DNA of 64,000 nucleotides. Source: the human T2T-CHM13v2.0 reference genome, Homo sapiens. Positions 45,396 through 59,004 of the stretch are shown here, in pieces. The notes below the pieces were generated by a model, which was given only the letters and a program-made list of their open reading frames with translations, ran no database searches and was not told the origin of the DNA. Made by a program: the position numbers and the translations under genes. Location: positions 29,344,001 to 29,408,000 of the forward strand of contig CP068257.2 of assembly GCA_009914755.4 (NCBI GenBank), read 5' to 3'. The number at the start of each line of letters is the position of its first letter. Position 1 is the stretch's first letter.

Positions 45396-48300
45396 TCATC
45401 ATTGGTTCTTACATTTTAAGTTTCTCTATTTACTGAGAATAATACCTTTCACTCAGCAATATTGTTCTTGGGATTAAAGTGCAAAGTGTACACTTAAAGC
45501 TGGGGAATTGGCAAACATCATGATTTTACCATCTCCACTGAAGAGCACTATTTTGCATTTCTAGAGAAATTTGAAGCTTCTGAGAGTTTCAGTGTCATCA
45601 GTTGGCTGGTGCCTGTGACCTTCTTACAGAACGAGATGGTGTATTCTACTTTTTGAATAATAAATAGGAAAAACAGGCATATTCTCAACAGAGATGGCAT
45701 TTGAATAAAAGTGTTCTCAGCTTCCTGTCTTTTATTCAGGAAACTCGTTTCTAATCCTGCTTTATAAACACACACACTCTTTCCTTCCTGTTGATGGTAT
45801 ATTTCAATTGTTTCTGCTTGCTGAGGTCCTCAAAACACAAATGCAATCATCTCTATGCCTTGTTTACATTTGCTTCTTAGGAAATGCAATAATCTTACAG
45901 AAAGCCTCACTACCGTCTATTTTAAAATCTGGTACACTGGGCAGCTACTAACTAGTTATACACCAGGCACATAAGGAAATAAATCAAGCTTGCATGGAGG
46001 ATCCCCAGCCAAGAGAAAGCTTTTTTTTTTCTTGTTTTTTTTTTTCTTGTTTTTTAACATTGGATTGGCAAATCGTATAATCAGGATCTCTCTAGGATTT
46101 TGTACCTGGCATAAAGGAAAACAATGTTGTGGAAGCTGTTTCGAGGGAACCTGAAATGCTCAAGGGCATGAGGGGAACTTCCCAACTCTCACTTGAAAAG
46201 ATACAGACAAAAGCACACAGATACTGCACTGCAAAAATTTGACTAAGGATTGCAATAGAATTGGCCAACATCTCAACAGAGTTACATGATTGCCAGATTC
46301 TCTGAATTGCCTCAACACAGAGCCATTATTCTGAGTCTGGGAATGCTAAATGAAACCCATGCCTACTATGTATGCTTTAAATCAGAAACTAAAAAGACCG
46401 ATTTTATTTCATTGTTGGTAGTATGTTGTTTTCATTTTCCGTTTATGCTTCTTTTGAAGTACCTGCTTCTTTTCCCTATTAAGTAATCATGAATTACACT
46501 TGCAAAGTACAGTATCTTTTGCTTTAAATCCCTCTTTGTGCCTGTTTTCTAATTCATCCTCAATAGACAGGACAGCTCTTGTCCAAATTTCACAGATGAA
46601 ACGCAAAGAGGGAAAGTGCAGACTTAAGCAAAGCCTTTGGCAGAATCCACTACCCAGAGAGAGGCGCAGAAGCAAGACACAGTCTATGCAGTCTCCCTGG
46701 TCCAGGTCATGGGACTACCTTGGGTCCAGTCAACCTTGGACAATTGTACGAAGCCTTACAAAGCAACCACGGGAAGGATGACACTTGTTTAGTACAACAC
46801 CATATTAACCATGTATTTCCGATGTTTTGACATCTTGGGGCCTTGCTAATCTTGAAAGCACTGTCACCCCCTGCCACAGACCCCCACCACCACTTCCCCA
46901 ATGACTAGAAATAGTAAAGGACTCTCTTGCAAGCATGCTTTCCATATTCAAACCAACCAATCTCTTGAGAGGCAAGAGAGCCCATGCCTCTCAACCACCT
47001 CTTTTATTGGGCTCTGACACTCTCGGCCATTATTTCTTTGCCCAAATCACCCCAGAGCCAGGTACTAGACAAGTGAGGACATCTTCTGCACCTCAAAAAC
47101 TGCTGAAATTATTCAAACGAACCAATTCTAAGCCAGCTTACCCTGCCTCCCCGCTCTTTCCCATGGAAACCACAGTAAAGAGTCTTGCCGATGTTTTCCC
47201 CTCTCTCCCTCTGCCTCCTGGCCAATGCTGATGCTTCTCTGTGTGCCCTGACTCCCCGTGGTATGGCATGTATGCCAGAGTTCCCCTCCGCTTGAAATCT
47301 ATGACAAGTCATCTTTTCAATGGCAGTCATCTACTGACCCATTTGCCTCACTATATCTGAATAATAATGAAACCTACATTTGAAAACATGCACATTTCTT
47401 CTCTTCTATTCATTAAACCCTAAACAAATTAAAAATTAAAAGAAGCTTGGACCAGCAGATGAAAGATAATCCTAACATGTGCCTCTCCCTCCTGAGCCCC
47501 TGCAAAGCCATCACATGTGCAATCAACATGATTTCTGAATTGGAAGATTGTCTGCTCAGCTTGAGTTATTCCTTCAAGCTGAACAGGCAACAGAAAGCAG
47601 ACAAGAAATGGCCTAGCTGATGATAAATGCCTAAATAAAAAAAAATCGTAACAGTCCTCCTCTTACACAGACCTCCACACACGTTCACCATAGGGTGATT
47701 CCATCAGTGCAGGGCTTGCTCACCGAAGGGATTGGTTAGAAGTGGCTTAACTTCCAATAGGACATTTGCATTGTAATGGGAGCATAGAGCAACTACTCTC
47801 ATTCTTTAAGGCCTGTATTGGAAATATTTTTGGAACTGAAACAAGTTTGAGAGTTTATCCTGAGGTTGGGAGGTGGGGATGGGAGATAGGACCAGACTTT
47901 TTGAAAAATTCTATTTGTGGTTTTCTCAAGGTACAGAAGACTGCCAGGGAGAAAAAATTATTTCTTGTACATTTGAAATACAATCTGCCTTTTATAGATT
48001 GGTTTTAAGATATTATACTCTTCTTTTTATTTCAAAGAGCAGATGAAAATGGAAAATTGTTAGCTATTCTAAAAATCATATAATCATAATTATCAATTTG
48101 AATTCCTATTGCTAATTCTTGCTACTGCAGTGAAATGATTTATCATAAAACACATCTTGGGATTTTAATTGTGTGCACTTGAATTGTATTTGCATATTCT
48201 CAGCACACTTCATCATTTTCATTCCTGATAAAGCACTTCCAAAGAAACTTTGCTCTGTCAGTTTAAGAATGCATTGTTTTTTCATATCTTCAAAACTATG

Positions 48301-48499
48301 GGTAATTGCTATCACATTCTGAATATGTTTAGGATTAGAGGTAGCCTGGACTTTATGAAATGGTGCCACCAAGGTAAGATTTCAAAAATGCTGGTCTAGG
48401 TGTCCAACACTTAATGTTATTCATGTCCACATCCTGTAGAATATTATTTAAGGATTTTTTGAATGATGGTTGAAACTGAAGCAATAGTATTTCCCTTGA

Positions 48500-49048
48500 A
48501 AGTGAAATTTTCTCAAAACCTGTCTTCCTCCTACGTCGTTAAGGAACCAAGAAGCTACAAAGGAAAGGAGGCTGTTACGACATTAACCTAAGGGAGGAGA
48601 CCACCCCTCATATTGTCTTATGCCCAATTTCTGCCTCCAAAGAAAGAAGTAAAAACTAAAAGGCAGAAATGAAATCCACAAGCAGACAGCCCGGCACCAC
48701 ACTCTGGACCTGGTAGTTAAAGATCGACCCCTGACCTAATTGGTTATGTTATCTATAGATTACAGACATTGTATAGAAAAGCACTGTGAAAACCCCTGTC
48801 CTGTTTTGTTCCGATCTAATTACCGGTGCATGCAGCCCCCAGGCACGTACCCCCCTGCTTGCTCAATCGATCACGACCCTCTCACGCACAACCCCTTAGA
48901 GTTGTGAGCCCTTAAAAGGGACAGGAATTGCTCGCTCAGGGAGCTCAGCTATTGAGACAGGAGTCCTGCCAATGCTCCCCGCCAAATAAACCGCTTCTTT
49001 CTTTAACTCGGTGTCTGAGGGGTTTTGTCCGCGGCTTGTCCTGCTACA
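48500..49048 (+). mobile_element. Solo LTR of an ERV1-class endogenous retrovirus (MER4-like). Its boundaries are approximate.
   Basis: The U3 region reads gttgtgagcccttaaaagggacaggaattgctcgctcagggagctcagctattgagacaggagtcctgccaatgctccccgccaaataaaccg, with a TATA-like ttaaaag at 48912-48918 and AATAAA at 48985-48990. This is followed by ctttaactcggtgtctgaggggttttgtccgcggcttgtcctgctaca, ending in CA. The element retains many CpGs. Confidence 0.5.
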
Positions 49049-49399
49049 AACCAACTGGATCCTATTCCACGGTTCCTTCTCTTTTCCTTCTTTCATCCTT
49101 GACTCATGGTCCCCAGCATCATGTTTTTCCCCTCTGAGGACAAAATGGACTCAGAGTCATGAACAAGCAAATGCATCACATGTTTTAAAAAATGATAGTA
49201 ACCCTATTTAATGAATCCAACAAAAGCGCAAACCTAACCCTTCCCACCATCGAAGAACAAAGCTAATAATTAACACATATCACTTATTTAAGCTTTATTT
49301 GTGTACCTCAAATGTACATTGATATAAATGTCTAGACAATGGAAAGATCTTTTGCAGAGTTGAGGATTGTTCACTGAAAATTAACCCTAATCTAGCCAA

Positions 49400-49456
49400 A
49401 TATATATATATGTGTGTGTGTGTATATATATGTGTATATATGTGTGTATATATATT
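49400..49456. repeat. (TA)n/(TG)n microsatellite followed by an AT-rich low-complexity tract with repeated gagtta/aaactcaattct segments, extending to about 49570
   Basis: atatatatatatgtgtgtgtgtgtatatatatgtgtatatatgtgtgtatatata. Confidence 0.9.
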
Positions 49457-49689
49457 TATTTGAGTTAATATATGTAAACTCAATTCTTTCTGTCTATATA
49501 TTGAGTTATATATATTGAGATATATGTATCTATATACATTGAGTTAGTATATATATATAAACTCAATTCTCTTAGGCATCAATGTCAAAGGTGTTATGAT
49601 ACAATAATGCAGTAAATAACATAGCTGCAAAATATTTAAAACAAAAATTCAGAGAAGTACAGAAAAAAAACAGGCACTTCTACCATTAT

Positions 49690-52600
49690 AGCACAATATT
49701 TTAACATACTTTTTCTGACACTAGATCAGACAGAAAATAAATTGGTAAGGATACAGATTGAACACTACCCAAAAATTATCTTATGTGCATATATGGAGCA
49801 CTATATCTTCAAAATACATTATTTTCAAGAACATGAAGAATATTTATATTTAAAAAGATTTTAAAAGTGACCACGTCTTAAAGTCTTTAAACATGTCAAA
49901 TAATTGATCTCATATAGATCACTTTTCAACCAAAAGTCAATTTAATTGTTACTTATAATGACAAAAACATATAGAAAAACCCCCATATGTTTGGGAATTT
50001 AAATGCACAAATTTAATAACTCATAGGTCAAAGAAGAAATCACAAGATAAATTATAAAATATTAAGAATTGAAATAACAAAAATAGCACATGCCCCATAA
50101 AACTTGTGATATAAAGGTAAAGTGGTATGTAGAGTAAAATTTATAAAGTAATATGATAATAGAATAGTAATAGAAAAGTCAATATGCTGAAAATTTATCT
50201 ATATATCCAAAGAGTGCTAAAGGGATATAATAGAGGAAAGTAAACACATAACAGAAAGGAATGGTGATGTGAGAACTTGGTTATTTGAAAGAATAATAAA
50301 ACTGACAGCCCTCTAACAAGTTTAATCTAAAAAAAGAGATAAAATAAATAATATTGGAATGAACATTAACCAAAATTATAGACACTATGCATATGAAAAA
50401 GATAACAACAGTACTAATAAATATGAAAACAGATGAGCAGATCATTGAAAAATATAATTTACAAAATGGCCTAGAGAACAACTAAAAAACAATAAATATG
50501 CTTATTAACTTTTTTTGAAATGAGTAAGTAAAAAACAACTTTCTAAAAAGAAAATATTAGTTCCACGTAGTTTGATTAGCCACCTCTGGGAATAAGTTAA
50601 TTCCTGAAAAGGTAAGTTAATTCCTGAAAAGGTAAGTTTCTAAGAATAAAAGGAGAGACGCTCCCCAGTTCATTTTATAAAGCTAGTATCACTTTGTATG
50701 AAAAACTGGCAAGGGCATTATAAGAATGAAAAATTACAGACCAGTCTTCCAAATAGCAATGTAAAAATCATATATGTGTTTACATGCATGTGTGTGTTTT
50801 TATATATGCCAAAATTATATATATTTATATATGGTTCATTCAGAAATAAAAAGTAAAATGGCAAGCCATTAGTAGAAAAAGATATTTATATAGAGAGTAA
50901 ATATATTTATTTATATCTTTATATATGACAAAAACATACATTGATAATTTAACATTTTTAATGTAATGTCTATTAACCAGTAAGAAAAAATAAAGACTAT
51001 CCAATTAAAGTGGGAGGGAAGACAGGAAAATAGACCTGATCTAGACTTCACAAATGAGAATATTAATGATTTATCATAGCATGGAATGAAAATGATGAAG
51101 TGTGCTGAGAATATGCAAATACAATTCAAGTGCACACAATTAAAATCCCATATCATGATTAATCATAGCAAATGTGTGTGTATTCCTAGCAATAAATTGA
51201 GCAAAATATGCATAAGACTATGATAGACATATTAATTATTAAAAGACTTCAAATACAAGATATACCATGTTTGTGGATTAGAAGCAGCAATATAAAACAA
51301 GTCAGTTCTCTGCAAATTCATGATAAAGGCATTTACAGTCTACGTTGCAATGAATTTGTGTGTATGTGTGTATATTTAACTTGTCAAAAGAAATTTCCAA
51401 AATATATATGGAAAAACATAGAGCCAGGACAACCAACACATTTTAAGACAACAAGTTAGTGAAGCTTGCTTTACCAGATATCAAGAATTCTTACAAAATG
51501 TTTACATTCATGACACTGTAGAATTATCACAGGGAAAAGCAACAGATCAATGAAACAGACTTGAAACTTGATTTATGTCAGAGCTGGCATTGCACACCAG
51601 TGGGAAAAGAATAGACTTTAAATAAACATTACTTAGACATTGTTATTGGTTTGGAAAAAATTAAATCAAAGCCCTTTTTAACCTCTTGCACAGAAACAGA
51701 TTCCAGATAGATTAAAGACATAAATATGAAAGGCAAAACTATACAACTTTTAGTCAAAATATAGGACAACATATTTGTGATATTAGGAGAACGAAAAAAG
51801 TCTTTTTTTTTTTTTTTGGTAGATATGGGGTCTCAATATGTTGCTGAAGCTGGTCTCACTCCTGACCTCAAGCAATCCTCCCACATTGGCCTTCCAAAGT
51901 TCTGGGATTACAGGCAGGAGCCACCACACTGGGCCAGGAAAATTGTCTTAAGATGCAAAAGATGCAAGTCATTTTTTAAAAGAGATAAATTAGCTAAATT
52001 AAAATTAAGGATTTTTGGTCCTAAAAGATATGAAATATAAAAAGACAACCCACAAACTGGGAAAAAAAATGTTTGCCCTAGATGTTACTGGCAAAGGAAT
52101 AGTAACTGAGCAAAGAACTTCTGCAAATCATTTTAAAAAGCAAATGACTGGTAGGAAACTGAAACAAAAAATGTAAACAGTTCTTCAGAGAAGAGAAAAT
52201 CCAAGGACCAAAAAAATACAAGTAAGATTCTTAGTTTTGTTAATCGCCAAGAAAACAAAAATTCAAACCACAATTAGGTACTATATTATGACTTCCAGAC
52301 TGACAAAAGTTAAAGAGCCTAACAAAATCTAATGTTGGCAAGGATATGGAATTATCCTTCTGGTGAGATTATAAATTGAGACAAGCATCTTTGAAGACTG
52401 TATCAACCAGCAAGTGTTTCTTCTAGAAGACAGGTGCATATTCATAGCAGTCCCTTTCATAATAAAAATAGCAAAAATCCAAATGTTCATCAAGGATAGC
52501 AGAGGTAACAAACTATGTGAGAGTCATGCAATGAAAACACTGCCTTCTAGAAGTGACAATTAATAATTTACAGGTAAATGTAAAAACATGGAGTATCTCA

Positions 52601-52745
52601 GAGACATAATGTTGAACTAAAAAAGGAAATATCATAACACATACACTATAATTTATCTATATAAAGTTCAAAAATATACAACATTAAATAATATGTTACT
52701 TAGGGATATACCGTCTGGGAAAACTAAAGTTACAAAAAGAGAGAG
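49690..52745 (+). mobile_element. Old L1 (L1M/L1P-type) ORF2 region (~3 kb), degenerate, with an embedded free left Alu monomer
   Basis: The sequence follows L1 ORF2 in order. cagacagaaaataaattggtaaggatacagattgaacactaccc and ctcataggtcaaagaagaaatcacaagataaattat match the ORF2 EN domain end and the linker after it. acagaccagtcttccaaatagcaatgtaaaaatc matches the ...ccaatatccttgatgaacattgatgcaaaaatc region. attcaaaccacaattaggtactatattatgacttccagactgacaaaagttaaagagcctaacaaaatctaatgttggcaaggatatggaattatcc matches the ...aaatcaaaaccactatgagatatcatctcacaccagttagaatggc region. cagtccctttcataataaaaatagcaaaaatccaaatgttcatcaagg matches the 3' part of ORF2. Confidence 0.75.
51803..51935 (-). mobile_element. 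Free left Alu monomer (FLAM-like) inserted in the L1
   Basis: (t)15 leads into ggtagatatggggtctcaatatgttgctgaagctggtctcactcctgacctcaagcaatcctcccacattggccttccaaagttctgggattacaggcaggagccaccacactgggcc. Only the left arm is present. Confidence 0.8.
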
Positions 52746-52748
52746 ATA

Positions 52749-53079
<331 letters not shown>

Positions 53080-53331
53080 TCAGCCAGGGTGGTTTCCTCT
53101 GAGTAGAGAGGAAAGGGAATGGGACAAGGACTTCAATGGTAACAATAATTTTTTTTTTTTTGGTAGTGATAGTGGTGGTAACCAGGTGAGATACTCCAGA
53201 TATTCACTGTATCATTAGTCTTTATATTTTATGCATATTTTACAAGTATTTTGGGGGTTTCCTCAACATTGAATTTAAAATTTTTTAATGAATTGTCTTC
53301 AAGGATTGTCTTTCAAGAAGTAGTGGCATAT

Positions 53332-53673
<342 letters not shown>

Positions 53674-54881
53674 CTAAACTGGATACTCTGGCTGAAATAT
53701 GACAGCAGGGACAAAAAGGATCAGCTGCAGAGCTTTAGTCTCAGAGGAAGTGGCATAGCAGATCGAAAACCAAAGGAGAGGCTCAGATGTAATAAAACAA
53801 TCTGGGGATCCAGTTACTAGAATGAGGTCATAGGAAAGGGCTAGATCACACAGAACAAAGCCAGAACCCAACCAGGGCTAACACTCCAAGTGAACCAGCA
53901 CTAAGGCTGAATCATTTGAATTATTGTCCTGAGTTCCTTTGTCCCAAGGAAAAGCATGGATCCCATTGCTGTTGTACAGGGTTGAATATTAAAGGAGGAG
54001 CTTCAGAGAATCAAGCCTTAAACGAGAAGTCTGCAAAGGTGAGAAGCTAAGCAGGTCTTTATATCATTGTCAAGAAAAAAAGGAGTTTCTTCCTATTTTA
54101 CAGGTAGAGGTCCCAAAATAAGTTAAAGTGACTTATCTGAAGTCATTTCATCATCAGTTTGGAAATAGAAATAGAATCCATCAGTCTTAGTTCTTTTTGT
54201 TGATGCCATCCCTGGTCTACACTCCTTCATTCATAAATTACTTAGCAGCTACACACACTCTATGCAGGAGGCAGGCCATGATTCACAGGCTTAGGTGTTT
54301 CAGACAAGGTTTTATTTCTTTATTTTCAGTTCCCATTTTTTTTTTGGCTCTAAAAATAGCAGCTGTGCTGAACAGTACTCAATGGAAGAAAGAAAGGAAC
54401 TCATTTACAGAGCAGAGGACAAAAATAGTTTACCCAGCATTTATACTATGCTCTTTGGAGCTCAGGGTCAAAGATTTCAGCAGGAGTTTTCTTTAGTAAC
54501 CTAAATTTACTTACTTTCTTTTACTACATCAAAATGGTTTTAAGTGTCTATTCACATAACAATGAATGTGAGGGTCTATCCAATGCCAACAAGTTGGATC
54601 ACTACTGAGGTGGAAATAGCGTGGCTTAAACAAATCGACAGCATATAATTGAGGTCACAAAAAGATGTTTTGCTGGCAAAACCCAAGAGGCTGTGGTAAT
54701 AAAGTATGCCTGAAAATGAGAGTAGAAAAGTATTTCCCTACGTAAGTGTTACAACTGCATCAGATGTTAAATTCACCTTCAGAATTATCTTGCTCAAAAG
54801 AGTAGACCTCTGCTTCCTAATGGAAAGAAGAAATTTTAAAATAAAACACATTTAAACAAGCCATATCTATCTACCACCAAT

Positions 54882-54887
54882 TTTCTT

Positions 54888-54926
<39 letters not shown>

Positions 54927-55209
54927 AGACAGAGTCTTGCTCTGTTGCCCAGACTGGAGTGCAGTGGTACGATCTAGACTCACTGTAAGCTCCGCCTCCC
55001 AGGTTCACACCATTCTCCTGCCTCAGCCTCACGAGTAGCTGGGACTACAGGTGCCCACCACCACACCTCGCTAATTTTTTTTGTACGTTTAGTAGAGACG
55101 GGGTTTCACCGTGTTATCCAGGATGGTCTCCATCTTCCTGACCTGGTGATCCGCCCACCTCGAACTCCCAAAGTGCTGGGATTACAGGCGTTGAGCCACC
55201 ACGCCCAGC
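54882..55209 (-). mobile_element. AluY-like element with a 46-nt poly-T; target-site duplication ccaccaattttct
   Basis: (t)46 leads into gagacagagtcttgctctgttgcccagactggagtgcagtgg. The sequence also contains ccgcctcccaggttcacaccattctcctgcctcagcctc. It ends gagccaccacgcccagc. ccaccaattttct is found on both flanks. Confidence 0.92.
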
Positions 55210-55954
55210 TGATCTGCCACCAATTTTCTGTATGACCTCACATAAGCTTCCTCTGAGCTTTGGTTTCCCAACTGGTCAATGGCCATTCCTGGCTCCCCAA
55301 AGAGAAACAGTTACCAGAACACCTGGCTGAGCGTGAAGAGTCATTCAAATGGCGAATTGGAAGTACAGCTGAGATTGGATTCCATGGAATTTTCTCATGA
55401 TAACCCTAGGAATATATGGGGGAAATGGGTAGAAGATAAGAGATCCAGCTATTCTGATTCATGAATTGCCCAATGAGAGGGGATTAGTGGTTTCTTTTTA
55501 ATCTGAGAGGATGTATTAGATTTCTATTGGTGCAAAACACAATACCCAAAATTTAGCAACTTAAAACACCACATTTTATTATCTCACAGTTCTGTAGGTC
55601 AGAAATTCAGTAAGCCTGGCTGGGTTCTCTGCTTAGAATTTCATAAAACCAAAGTCAAGGCATCAGCCAGTCTGGGCCTTTATCTGGAGGTTCTGCAGAA
55701 GGATCTAATTCTAAACTCGTTCAGTTTGTTGACAGAATTCAGCTCTTTGTGGATGTAGGTCTGTGGTTCCCATTTACTTGCTGGCTGTTAGGTGGGAGCA
55801 TCTCTCTGCTTCTAAGCAGCGCCTGCATCCCTTCATATGGGGTCCACTCCATGGTCAAAGTTAGCAACAGTATGTTGAATCTCCTCCATGCTTTGAATCT
55901 CTGACTTCTGCTATCAGTAGAGAAAACATTCTGCTTTTAAGAACTCATGTGATG

Positions 55955-56280
<326 letters not shown>

Positions 56281-58701
56281 TCATGTGCCATGTAACATAA
56301 CACAATCATGAGAGTGTCATCTCATCCTATTCCCAGTTCCCATGAATCAGGGCAGGGCATTTTTGTGGAGGCCACTGTAGAAATTCTGCCTGTCACAAAG
56401 AAAGTAGCGGATAAGTCAGTAACATAGGTTTTGGTGAAGACTGATTTGCTTTCAAATTCCAGCTCTGTAATTTGAGTGGGTTTCTGTTTAAAGTCAGGTT
56501 AAATTGCTGAACTTCTCAAGCTTCGCTTTCTGTAGATTACAATCTACTTAGGAGCAGGGTACCAACTGCTACTTCCCATATACTTTGCACAGTGCCCAAG
56601 ACATGCCAGTGTTTGCAAATATTTGAAAGGATGAATGAATGAATAACATTGAAAGTCATCCCCAAAACATACTATAAAGCTGTATTTGGCCCTGTTTTGT
56701 CAATGTTTCTTTCATTGACTTGGGCCAATGAGATTGTGTTAATGAATTTACCCAAACTGACTTGGGTCAATGAACAAAAACGGAGAAGCAATGTACATTA
56801 AAGAGATAAGTGAAATAAAGCTGGGCCAAACATTGGGTAACACAGCCGAAATTAAGAAGAGTCATGGCAAACTAAAAAAAAAACAAGCATTTCAATCAAC
56901 TAAAATGAAGATTAATTAGTTTCCTTAATGACTTCGGCAGCTAGGAACCTCAGAGCTAGGTTTTTCTTAACTCAATTACAGTTTTCCCTTAGCCTAGGTT
57001 ATCTAGCATAGTTGCCCTGCCTCTTGTCCTTTGTCTCTAATGCTTGATGGTTTTAATGTGATACTTTGTTTTACTGTAAATCACCTGAAAGCTTATTAGG
57101 ACGTACACAAGATATAAAATATGACAAAATGGAAAAAAATCTGTTTTCTAAAATTTCTGGGGTCCTAAAGAAAAGAGCAGAAAGGGATTTTTCTCAAGGA
57201 GATCCAGAAACAGAATCACTTTCTTAAAGATTCACATAATGAATGGGTCACACATGGAGAGTGTGAGCTTGGGCAAAGCTAGGCTGGAATAGGCTCCAAG
57301 GCAAGATGGTGGAGGAAATGGCCTTACCTGATCATTTTTCCATCACACTCTGTGCCCCTCCCACCCTGAAACTTCAGTGAAAGTCCTAATCTGCCAAAAT
57401 GCTATTATGTAAATGGGATTTTTTTTTCTTGGTGCAGATGGTTAAGGCCAGGTGGAGAAAGAAGATGGCACAAACTGAGTTACATAGACAGAAATGGGAG
57501 TAAGGAAAAGAGAGACTTTGAGCTATTATACATCTTTGAATGCTTTTATCATAATTGATGAGACACAGGAAGATGCCACAGGAAGACTGAAAAAATAAAT
57601 TAATAATTATCAGATAAGCTTTAGTTCCTACCCTCATGTACCCTAAACCATTTGGCAAGGTTAGTCCTGAAGAAATTCATCCATTTAATGAGGGATTCAG
57701 TGCTCTCTCTCTAGATTTATTTTTAAAACCTAAGATTTTGAAAATATAGACATCTTTGTTATGTTTATAAGATTTAAAATTCAAATATTTTGTAGATTTA
57801 ATACCTGTAACATATAATGATATGAAAGTACATAGATATATGAATCTAGATACTTAAGACCTGGAGTTCCAATAAGGCAGCTTGTACCGTTTTAGAGTGA
57901 CAAAAAAGGTATCAGCCTAGAAAAACTTTCTATCAAGTGTGGAAAATTTACCCTGATCTTTCCACATCTCCATCATATGCATGTTTGAGCTACAATAAAT
58001 TTAAAACAGAAATGGAGCAAGGGGTCCCTAAGATATGCAAAACAATCCAGAAAAGTAACTGTGGAAAGACCACCAATTCTCCCTTTTCGGGGCACACAGA
58101 GACAAAAGGTTGAATACTTGCTAATGGGAAAAGGAGCAGAACTAATATGTTTCATCTCATCCAAAGCAGTCAAAGGCAGCTATGTTTTCTCTATGTTCTC
58201 TTCTCTCCCTTTAGTGTGGCTGGAACAATGAGATAGCAGAGCTGTAAGACATAGCAGCCCAGATCCCTGAGTCACTATAGGAGAGCTCCAAGGAGAAGTG
58301 ACTCACTGAGTAAGACTTAGACAAGAGTCATAAATAACTTTACTGGATTAAGCCTGAGATTTGAGGGTGTACTTGTTACTGCAGCATAGTCTGTATTATC
58401 CTGACTAATACCAAAACATTATTCCAAATCATAAACACAAATATTTCCTGATCTGAAGTCAATTGGGATTCAACTGTTTCAAATTACCTACAACACAAAT
58501 TAGACATTATAGAGGAACTAGCAAAAGCTTACTTCTTTATTTATAGATATTTATCATCTACTGTCAACTAATAATAGATAAGAAAATAGCCAATAAATCA
58601 GGGACATTTACAAAATGCACAGAGATTTTGTTTTGTTTTACTACTTCCAAGCACCTCCCAGATAGTAGTCACCAAAGTTTAATTTAAAAAATATGAATTT
58701 T

Positions 58702-59004
<303 letters not shown>

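Noticed and set aside
50581-50640. 20-bp tandem duplication taagttaattcctgaaaagg repeated about 2.5 times
   Set aside because: It is internal to the degenerate L1 ORF2 fragment and is ordinary replication slippage in old LINE sequence.
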